DNA from: Verrucomicrobiota bacterium
Lineage (GTDB): Bacteria; Verrucomicrobiota; Verrucomicrobiia; Opitutales; Opitutaceae
DNA: 20,939 nt
NCBI GenBank assembly: GCA_016222805.1
Contig: JACRQG010000024.1
Span: 11,062-32,000 of the forward strand
Direction of reading: 5' to 3'
The translations under genes were made by a program, and so were the position numbers. A model generated the notes under the pieces. It saw nothing but the letters and a program-made list of their open reading frames with translations, was not told where the DNA came from and made no database searches. Each line of letters opens with the position of its first letter. Position 1 is the first letter of the stretch. Positions 9,901 to 15,839 of the stretch are shown here, piece after piece.

Positions 9901-12900
9901 ACGCTGAACTGCTTGCCGGCGGAGGCGGTGAACCCGGTGGCGACGTTGAGGGTGCCACCCGAGAAGATGACGTCGTTGGAGGCAGCTCCGAGGTTGGCCT
10001 CGCTGCTGACGCGCACGGTGCCATCGTTGAGGTAATTGCCGCCGGTGTAGGTGTTCGTGCCGCCCAGGATCAGCAAGCCGGCGCCGGACTTGTTGAGGCC
10101 GACCGCACCATTGGTGCCGTAACCTGTGGCGTTATCGACGATCGGAGCCGTGAGATTCAGCGTGCCGCCCGCATTGTCGACCGTCACGGCGAGGAATCCA
10201 TTGCCGGAGGTGAGGGCGCCGGAGCCGATGAAGTTGGTGGTGGTGGCGCCGGATTTCAGCAGACCGCCGTTCTTGAGGACGAGGCGCTTGTTGGCGTCGG
10301 TGTTGAGATCCACCGTGGCCACGTTGAGGAGCTTGAGGCCCGAATCGACGGTGACATTGCCGCCGATCGTGCCGGAACCGTTCGGGGCCCCGCCGCCAAC
10401 GGGGGCCTGCGTCGGGCCTCCAAGATTGAGCGTGTAGGCGCCGGTCGGGGAAGAGGAGTCCAGTTGAACGACCTGATTGGGGTTGTTGACGTTGATGCCG
10501 AGCGCTCCGGTGTAGGCGGTGACCGGGCGGATGCCGTTGCCGCTGCCCGAGTCGCCGGAGTACTCGACAAACTCAGTCGAACCGGACGCCGTGACCGTGG
10601 TAATCCATCCCGGCAGGGCAATCGGAGCGGCAGAGGTGGCGCCGGTCAGGCTAATGCCGCTGCCGCCCGCGTTGAAGGTGTCGGTGGTAAGGTACACCCG
10701 TGCGCTGCCGGTCGTACCCTGGCCGAGCGTGGAGCGCGTGGTCATCGCCGCGTCGCTGAAGGAACTAATCGTCAGGCTGGAGGAACCGACGCGGATGATG
10801 TCATTCAGGGTGAGATCGGCCCGCCGGTTGCTCGCGCCGGTGGCGAGGTTGAGGACGTTGGCGCCGGAACCGAGCGTGAGATTGCCGACGGTCTCGGTGG
10901 AATTGGCGCCGGTCCGTCCGATGAACGTGAAAGTGCCGTCGTTGAGGGTCAGCCCCGCGGTGTCGCCGATCCGGTTCGCGTTGCCGCTGGCGCTGTTGTC
11001 GAGGACCAGGGAGCCATTCGAAATCGTGAGGCTCGAGGAACTGGAGATGTTGCCGCTCGCGCCGGTGATTCGAACGGTGCCATCGGTGATGGTGGTGGTC
11101 CCGGAGTAGGTGCTGTTGCCGGTGAGGATGAGAGTGCCGGTACCGGCGGCGGTGACGTTGGAGGCGCCGGTGATGTTGCCCGAGAGGGTCAGCTGCGAAC
11201 CGCCAGCCGTTCCGATGGTGGTGGCGCCGGTGAGCGCGACATTGCCGGCAAAGGAATTGGTGCCGGCGACGTTTTCGATGGCACCCAGCCGGCCGGAGGC
11301 TCCGGTTCCGGAGACGGAGAGGGACTCGGTCGAGGAGTAAGTGGTCCCGCCGGAGAAACCGAGGGTGGCTCCCGCGTTGACCGTGGTGCCGTTGCCGGTG
11401 GTGCCGAGAGCGTTGTTCTTGTCGACAATCAAGGTGGCGCCGGAATTGATCGTCGTCGTTCCGCTGTAGGTGTTGTTGGCAGCACCATCCAGGACAATGA
11501 CTCCGCTGCCCCCGACCGTGAGGTTCTGCGCGCCGGAGATGACTCCGGAGAGCGAGAGTTGGGACCCCGCGGCGGCGCCCATGGTTGTCGCTCCCGCCAA
11601 CGTGACGTTGCCGGCAAACGTGTTGGTGCCGGAGAGATTGTCGATCGCGCCGTTGCGCCCGGCAGCACCGGTGCCCTGCACCGTAACGGCCTCGGTGGTG
11701 GAGTAGGTGGTGCCGCCCTGGAACCCGAGGGTGCCGCCACTGGCGACGGTGGTGCCGGAGGCGGGACTGCCAAGGGCGTCGTTGGCGGCGGCGACCAAGG
11801 TGGTCCCGGCGTTGACGGTGGTCGCGCCGGTGTAGGTGTTCGCCGCCGCCAGGACGATGGTACCGTTGCCGTTGGCGGTCAGGGAACGCGCCCCCCCGCT
11901 TTCGCCGACGGGACCGCTGAGAGTCAGCGTGGTGCCGGACGCGGCGCCGATGCGACTATCGGCTGCGAGCGTCACGGCGCCGGCCACGGCGTTGTTGCCG
12001 GAGAGGTTGTCGAGTGCCCCGGCCCGACCGGTGTCGCCGGTGCCGCTCAGAACCAGTTGCTCGTTCCCATTGACGGTGATTCCACCCTGGAGCCCGAGGG
12101 TTGCTCCGCTGGCGACCGTGGTGGTGGTGGCGCTGCCGGTGGTGCCGAGGGCGTTGTTGTTGGCCGCAATCAGGGTGCCGGCCGACACTGTGCTGTTTCC
12201 CGTGAAGGAGTTGCTGCCCGACAGCAGCAGGGTGCCGCCGCTGGTCTTGTTGATGCCGGCCCCGGTACCGGTGATGGCAGCGGAAATGTTGAGGTCGTTG
12301 GCGGCAGCGCCTTGCGCCACGTCAAACGTGCGCGTCGCTCCGCCGAGGTCGAGGTTTCCGCTCAAGGTGGCTTCGGTCGCCGAGGCCGCGCTCGTGATGT
12401 TGCCCGCCATCGTGAGGGTGCCCGAGCCCGTCGTCACGGTGCCGCCGCTGGCATAGGTGAGGGCACCCAGGGTCTGGCTGTAGTTCGCGAGATTGAACGT
12501 GCCGGTCCCAGTCACGGCGTTGGAAAGGGAGAGACTGGTGGCGGAGTTCAGGACGTTCGAGCCGCCGAGTTGCAGCGTTCCGCGCTGGATATCGAGGTTC
12601 CCCGAATAGGTGCTGGAACTATCGCCGGCGATGATGAGGGTGCCCGCGGAGGAGCCCAGCTGCGTGATCGTCCCGGAACCGGTAATCTGCCCGGTGAAGG
12701 TCGTGGTGCCGCTATTGTTCAGCGTCAGGGTCTTGGTCCCGGCATTGACGTTGCCGGCGATGACCAGGGCCGTGTTGGTATTGGTGTTGATGTTGAGGTT
12801 CGAATTGAGCTGAAGGTTCGATTGGATGCTGTGGGCGCCGCCGGGCTGGGCGCTGGTGACCGTGATCGCCGAGGAGCTCGTCCCGTTGTCCAGCGTGAGC

Positions 12901-14060
12901 TGGTAGCCTTGCAGGGTGTAATTGAACGGAGCGTCAAATTGGATCGAGGCGGCCGTCCGGTTCTGCTGCAGGTCCACATTCTGGGCGGTGGTCAGTTGGA
13001 AGGTCGGCGAGGTAAACGCGTTGTTGGAGAAGATCAGGTTGGCGGTGGGGCCCGGCACCAATCCGAGATTCGGAGTGGTGGCGTTGCCCCAGTTGGCCCC
13101 GGTGCCCCACTTGTTGTCGTTGGCGTAGTTGGAGTAAAAGACGTTGCCGACGGGCGCGGCCGTGGTGGTGACCACGAGGTTGCGAATCTCGTTGATCTGT
13201 TGCGCGTCGCCGGTCGACCCCGTGTACACGAGTTCGAGATTCTCCGGGCGGGCGAATCCGGACAGGTCCGCCGTATACACCTGCGTCAGGGTGCCCGTGG
13301 CTCCGAATTTCAGGCTCACCGTGAGCTGGCTGGAACTGTCGAGGTTGAAGACGAGTTGCCGGTAATCGTTGCCGGTCTGGACCGGGCGCGTGGTGGAGTT
13401 GGGAAAATCGAGCTGCCCCAGGCTGTAGGGGGCCTGGGAAAGGTCCGAAGTGCCCCCGAGATAGGTATAGCCGGTCTGGCCGCTGCCGGGTCCGCGGGTG
13501 CTGATGGAATTTGGCACGAAGCCCGTGCCTCCGTTTCGGCCCTCGGTGGGATTTGAGAAGTTCCCCCAGTTGTCGACTCCGAGGGAGAAGTAGCCCCCGG
13601 CCATTCCGTCCACGCCGGTACGGTTCGCGTAGCCGAGCGAGCCACCAAAGGCACCCGGACTGAAAGGCACCGAGGCGTCGCGAAGGGAAATGGTGATTCC
13701 GTCCGCCGCGCCTCCGGTGCCCTTGTTCCACATCGCCAGATCCAACGTGACGGTGATGTTGTTGTTGATGGACGGGATGGGGGTGGTGAGCCGGGCATAG
13801 GTCGCCTCGTTGGGCTGCAGGTCGGTAAGTCGGAGCCAGCCGTTGCCCGGCGTGTCGACCCCCGTGGCTGCGGTCAGGGTCGGCGTGTAGGGGGAGCCGC
13901 TGCCCGCTCCAAACACCCAACCGTTCGCGGTGGTGCCCTTAAAATCCTCGGTATAGGTGAACTGCGCCCGCAGTGTGGAGGTGAATAAGGCGAAGCCAAC
14001 CAGCAGGAGAAATGCGGTTCGGACTAGCATGCTGAGGTTTCGCAGGGGGCGCGGATCCAT
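6984..14060 (-). CDS. Giant secreted protein: signal peptide, lectin-like head, autotransporter-associated beta-strand (PATR) repeats, PEP-CTERM sorting tail
   Basis: The track ORF is 6984..14075 and starts at TTG. ATG starts are available at 14060 and 14030; the latter gives MLVRTAFLLLVGFALFTSTLRA/Q. There are 12 canonical repeat cores of the form GxGTLxLxGxN[TS]Y[TS]GxTx[VI]xxGxL. The C-terminus is TPAPEPATYGALLMGGALGLFGLQRWRRRTARRST. Composition is dominated by G/T/S/A/N. Confidence 0.9.
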   Translation of the reverse strand: MDPRPLRNLSMLVRTAFLLLVGFALFTSTLRAQFTYTEDFKGTTANGWVFGAGSGSPYTPTLTAATGVDTPGNGWLRLTDLQPNEATYARLTTPIPSINNNITVTLDLAMWNKGTGGAADGITISLRDASVPFSPGAFGGSLGYANRTGVDGMAGGYFSLGVDNWGNFSNPTEGRNGGTGFVPNSISTRGPGSGQTGYTYLGGTSDLSQAPYSLGQLDFPNSTTRPVQTGNDYRQLVFNLDSSSQLTVSLKFGATGTLTQVYTADLSGFARPENLELVYTGSTGDAQQINEIRNLVVTTTAAPVGNVFYSNYANDNKWGTGANWGNATTPNLGLVPGPTANLIFSNNAFTSPTFQLTTAQNVDLQQNRTAASIQFDAPFNYTLQGYQLTLDNGTSSSAITVTSAQPGGAHSIQSNLQLNSNLNINTNTNTALVIAGNVNAGTKTLTLNNSGTTTFTGQITGSGTITQLGSSAGTLIIAGDSSSTYSGNLDIQRGTLQLGGSNVLNSATSLSLSNAVTGTGTFNLANYSQTLGALTYASGGTVTTGSGTLTMAGNITSAASATEATLSGNLDLGGATRTFDVAQGAAANDLNISAAITGTGAGINKTSGGTLLLSGSNSFTGNSTVSAGTLIAANNNALGTTGSATTTTVASGATLGLQGGITVNGNEQLVLSGTGDTGRAGALDNLSGNNAVAGAVTLAADSRIGAASGTTLTLSGPVGESGGARSLTANGNGTIVLAAANTYTGATTVNAGTTLVAAANDALGSPASGTTVASGGTLGFQGGTTYSTTEAVTVQGTGAAGRNGAIDNLSGTNTFAGNVTLAGATTMGAAAGSQLSLSGVISGAQNLTVGGSGVIVLDGAANNTYSGTTTINSGATLIVDKNNALGTTGNGTTVNAGATLGFSGGTTYSSTESLSVSGTGASGRLGAIENVAGTNSFAGNVALTGATTIGTAGGSQLTLSGNITGASNVTAAGTGTLILTGNSTYSGTTTITDGTVRITGASGNISSSSSLTISNGSLVLDNSASGNANRIGDTAGLTLNDGTFTFIGRTGANSTETVGNLTLGSGANVLNLATGASNRRADLTLNDIIRVGSSSLTISSFSDAAMTTRSTLGQGTTGSARVYLTTDTFNAGGSGISLTGATSAAPIALPGWITTVTASGSTEFVEYSGDSGSGNGIRPVTAYTGALGINVNNPNQVVQLDSSSPTGAYTLNLGGPTQAPVGGGAPNGSGTIGGNVTVDSGLKLLNVATVDLNTDANKRLVLKNGGLLKSGATTTNFIGSGALTSGNGFLAVTVDNAGGTLNLTAPIVDNATGYGTNGAVGLNKSGAGLLILGGTNTYTGGNYLNDGTVRVSSEANLGAASNDVIFSGGTLNVATGFTASAGKQFSVTAGQTGTIDVNAGQTLATAAGSTNRLITSDTLGTLVKAGTGSLLIQDANAGFDGTVRIDAGTVELRQATSLGDATNRGRVTLNGGTLALANNAATSFSNNVTVSANSTITVDRVSSGTNLTHTLGTLSIGSQTLTVTGNNGFDLAFGATSLTGAATLTTNTDVTLGATSGAGSLTKDGTGTVILSAANSYAGATTVNAGILRTLSATAILPANTALTISGGATFDANSQTQAVASLAGAGNVTLGSGTLTVGSNGASTSYSGAISGTGGLTKTGTGTLTLAGANTYSGATNVNQGTVTFGASNVLSDTTAVTVAAPAVLNLAGNSDTIGSLAGAGAIQLGSGTLSTGANNSSTLVSGVVSGSGGSLVKQGTGTMTLSGANTYTGTTTVSAGTLAITSSSGLGSGDGTAGTGTTVASGATLQVSGSVNVLNEALSLSGTGSGGNGALQNVSGSNTLGGPVSLATAAKVLVNSGTLTLNGAISNAGNTLTVDGTGNTVTGGAITGTGGLTKAGVGALVLNNAGNTYSGATNVTGGTIQIGVNGAGPSNSAVTLASGTTLDVNSKTASIGSLAGSAGSSVILGTGALSAGANNASTSFSGVISGAGGSFTKLGSGTLTLSGANSYTGATNINAGVLSAGASTVISNQSAVTVANGAAFTLNNTTQAVGSIAGAGTVNIGSGQFVAGANGSSTTFSGAMTGVGGTFTKDGAGTLTLTGVNTYTGTTTIAGGSLVLGASNALSNSSSLTISSGANLTLGTGVTDTIAGLTTTATSSISLGANSVLTVDRATATTLLGSVSGTGTLAFTGGGNLTLPNNFNLSGGTLAFGGTTIGGTPTSTIFLPATATVGTLRITGDTILDFGNSTASVLNTTNFIIDPGVKVSITNWVHLQDYFYANGSFQQFGGPSAAFDVRGTAPQNQVTFGGFNNSATVWQSWDRQITPAPEPATYGALLMGGALGLFGLQRWRRRTARRST
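6987..7091 (-). other. PEP-CTERM sorting signal
   Basis: A PEP motif (PAPEPAT), a hydrophobic helix (YGALLMGGALGLFGL) and an Arg cluster (QRWRRRTARR) at the extreme C-terminus. Confidence 0.85.
7692..9287 (-). repeat. Four ~95-98-aa modules arranged 2+2 around an inserted 122-aa unit
   Basis: Anchor S(L/I)AG(A/S)(G/A) at aa 1627, 1722, 1960 and 2058. Each anchor is followed by ..LG(S/T)G.L..G.N..ST.(F/Y)SG..(S/T)G.GG.(L/F).K.G.GT(L/M)TL.G.N(T/S)Y(T/S)G.T.(V/I)..G.L. Confidence 0.75.
11031..12122 (-). repeat. Three tandem diverged ~122-123-aa (~369-bp) coding super-repeats
   Basis: The units start at aa 652, 775 and 897, each opening with TTV(A/N)(S/A)G(A/G)TLG(L/F)(Q/S)GG. Each contains ..SGTG..GR.GA(L/I)(D/E)N(L/V).G.N.(F/V)AG.V.L... 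and ends with N.TY(T/S)G.TT(V/I). A fourth, more diverged copy lies at aa 1804-1925 (nt 8301..8666). Confidence 0.8.
13161..13964 (-). other. Legume-lectin-like / ConA-fold domain (aa ~38-305 of the track ORF)
   Basis: By-eye motif series typical of L-type lectin domains: GNGWLRLTD, ADGITISL, GGSLGYA, SLGVDNWGNFSNP, LVFNLDSSSQLTVSLKF and LVYTGSTGDAQQINEIRNLVV. Confidence 0.65.
13965..14060 (-). other. Signal peptide region of the giant protein
   Basis: A basic n-region (DPRPLRNLS), a hydrophobic core (LVRTAFLLLVGFALF) and an A-x-A-like site (TLRA/QF). Confidence 0.7.
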
Positions 14061-14075
14061 TTCTTTCGATCTCAA

Positions 14076-14302
14076 GGTATCGGCACTAGGTGGAAAATCT
14101 CAAGGTGAAATGGGGTGTTTACCTTACTCCCTCGTAATACGTACTTGCACGCTTCGCCCGGGGGCGCGGGTGTTCGAAGGAATCCGATCGTTTACTCTCA
14201 AATAGCTTCAAATCATGTGCTTATGAGGATGGTATGACTCCATAACCGGGCGCGACGCCGCAGAACATCCGATCGCGGCGCCCGAGGGGTGGGTTCGGGC
14301 CG
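14076..14302 (-). promoter_or_regulatory. Low-GC promoter / long leader region of the giant gene
   Basis: About 225 bp between the upstream terminator and the giant ORF, visibly AT-richer than its flanks. It contains the 10-bp direct repeat ATCTCAAGGT at 14069-14078 and 14097-14106. I could not place -35/-10 elements confidently. Confidence 0.4.
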
Positions 14303-14333
14303 AAAAAAAGCCACGCGCCGGAGGGCGCGTGGC
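14303..14333 (-). terminator. Intrinsic terminator of the coiled-coil gene
   Basis: A perfect 10-bp GC-rich stem (gccacgcgcc / ggcgcgtggc) with 4-nt loop ggag. On the - strand it is followed by T7. It lies 24 nt downstream of the stop at 14357. Confidence 0.85.
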
Positions 14334-14356
14334 TGCGGAAAGAGCTAAGTTGGGGC

Positions 14357-15262
14357 TTACTTGGTCGGAGGACGGGTCGGCGCACTTAGCGGGGCGGGAG
14401 CCGGTTGGGTGGAAGCCTGCGGAGCTGCGGCCTGGAGCTGGTTGAGGCGCTTCTCAATTTCACCCATCTTGGCGACGAGTTGCTCCTCGACCTTCTTGCG
14501 ATCGCTGCTGTTGACGATGCTGAGGCTGGCGGCGTCCTTGACGACATTGGCCGGGAGCGTGAGCAGCCGGGTGATGATGCCCTGGTCCTTGAACGAGCTG
14601 AGATACAGGGCCGTGATTTCGTGGGAGAGTTTGAGCGCGTCCTGGGCAACCGCCTGGGTGTGCTGGAGGTTGTTGTTCAGTTGCTGGTTCTTGGCGAGTT
14701 CGGCCGTCAGCACGTTGCCGACCTGATCGGAAATGCGCTGGCTGTACTGCGCGAGCGACTCGCGGGTGAGGTTCTGGTCGCGGGCCATCTCCGCCAGAAT
14801 CGGCTGAATCCGCTCGGCCATGCGGCCGGAGACCTTGTCGACCTGCTCGTTCTGCTGCTTTTCCGCCTCCTCCGCGGACTTGGGCAGCGGGTTGAAGGGC
14901 ATCACCTTCTTGGCGATGGCCTCGGCCAGCGCGTCCATCCGCTCGGTATTCAGTTTCTGGATCTCCTCGTCGGTGCGGAACATGTCCGCCTCGCGCTTGG
15001 CGATGGCGTCGCGGAGCAGTTTGTTGGTGGCCTCGATTTGGCGGCGGTTTTCCTCCGAGGCCGCCTTGAGGGCGTCATTGGCCTCACGCAGCGGGGCGAG
15101 CTCGGTCTGTTGCTTGGTCGCCATCTGGGTGACGGTTTGCTGGTGAATCCAAAAGGCACCGGCAATGACCAGCAGCGCGGTCAGAACCACGGCGGGAATT
15201 TGGTCTTTGAATTTCTGCCACATGGCGGGAGGTGGTTGGTTGTTCGTGGTCACGTTATTCAT
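14357..15262 (-). CDS. Hypothetical membrane-anchored coiled-coil protein
   Basis: 301 aa with one N-terminal TM helix (IPAVVLTALLVIAGAFWI). About 220 aa of Q/E/K/A-rich helical, heptad-like sequence follows, then a Pro/Ala-rich tail (AAAPQASTQPAPAPLSAPTRPPTK). I recognise no family motif. An alternative start is the ATG at 15223. Confidence 0.7.
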   Translation of the reverse strand: MNNVTTNNQPPPAMWQKFKDQIPAVVLTALLVIAGAFWIHQQTVTQMATKQQTELAPLREANDALKAASEENRRQIEATNKLLRDAIAKREADMFRTDEEIQKLNTERMDALAEAIAKKVMPFNPLPKSAEEAEKQQNEQVDKVSGRMAERIQPILAEMARDQNLTRESLAQYSQRISDQVGNVLTAELAKNQQLNNNLQHTQAVAQDALKLSHEITALYLSSFKDQGIITRLLTLPANVVKDAASLSIVNSSDRKKVEEQLVAKMGEIEKRLNQLQAAAPQASTQPAPAPLSAPTRPPTK

Positions 15263-15341
15263 GGCTGGAAGGCAAAAGCAACGCCGGCGTGGCCGGGCTT
15301 TTGCGGTTGTGGTGCAGGCGCGCGGTCGCAGCGTGGCCCGG

Positions 15342-15647
15342 ATGAGCCTGAACCGCTGCGAACAACGCCTGTATGACTATCTGCAAGCACAGAAGGAGGA
15401 GAGACACTATTGGGAGCAGAAGTTGCATGCCGCGGCGAAGATTTACCCGTCTCCCCATGAACTCGTGGCCCGACTGGAGCCGGAGCTGTGGCGTTATTAC
15501 CTGGAGCGCAGTGAGGTAGCGGCGCCGTTCAAGGACGCGGTGCGCCACGAGGGGCGACAACGGACGAGCATGAAAAACCTCGCCGAGTTCCTGGTCCGCC
15601 TCTGGGTTCCATCGGTGGGCCGGAGACGCACCGCGCGACCGGACTAG
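15342..15647 (+). CDS. Hypothetical small protein (101 aa)
   Basis: The track ORF 15165..15647 overlaps the divergent gene, so I trimmed it to the ATG at 15342 (MSLNRCEQRLYDYLQAQKEE...). It looks predominantly helical, has a basic tail (GRRRTARPD) and no recognisable motif. An ATG at 15261 would share a CATG with the opposite gene's start, which is unlikely. Confidence 0.45.
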   Translation: MSLNRCEQRLYDYLQAQKEERHYWEQKLHAAAKIYPSPHELVARLEPELWRYYLERSEVAAPFKDAVRHEGRQRTSMKNLAEFLVRLWVPSVGRRRTARPD

Positions 15648-15761
15648 AAAAATTAGCGAAACCCGGTGGAACTTTGGCCGATTTGAGATTACGTAGAGGC
15701 GCAACAAGCAAGTTTTCTCCTCCGCTTAGCGGTGGAGAATTGGGGTAAGTAAGAAAGCAAT

Positions 15762-15805
15762 GGGCGGACCGCTTAGGGGTAGGCGGTCCGCCCTCTGTTT
15801 TTTTT
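15762..15805 (+). terminator. Strong intrinsic terminator (possibly bidirectional, shared with cysI)
   Basis: A perfect 11-bp stem (gggcggaccgc / gcggtccgccc) with a 10-nt loop, then tctg + T8 on the + strand. The convergent cysI stop is 35 nt away. On the - strand the stem is followed by attgctttctt. Confidence 0.8.
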
Positions 15806-15839
15806 GGAGCGGAGACCTGTCGGTGGAGGCCGGTGCGCG

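Noticed and set aside
7020-13556. Two huge + strand ORFs (7020..8879, 619 aa; 8886..13556, 1556 aa) antisense to the giant gene, in the same frame and separated by a single stop.
   Set aside because: Their codons are exactly phase-locked to the sense codons (7020-6984 = 36, a multiple of 3). Antisense codon position 1 therefore pairs with sense position 3. With sense GC3 near saturation, the antisense frame almost never begins a codon with T, so stops cannot arise. The translations are low-complexity G/A/R/D/V/E strings with no motifs. The sense strand has a signal peptide, recognisable domains and a sorting tag.
6984-14060. Classical type V autotransporter, or a CRISPR-like or other non-coding array, as an explanation for the strong periodicity.
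   Set aside because: There is no C-terminal beta-barrel translocator; the C-terminus is a PEP-CTERM tag instead. The periodicity is imperfect and in-frame, and it follows protein repeat units of about 30, 95 and 122 aa with no unique spacers. It is coding repeat structure, not an array.
14118-14125. The shared 8-mer TTTACCTT in the giant-gene leader (14118-14125) and the cys control region (19374-19381), considered as a possible common regulator site.
   Set aside because: One shared 8-mer between two AT-rich regions of about 150-200 bp, counting both strands, is roughly what chance predicts. There is no extended similarity around it.
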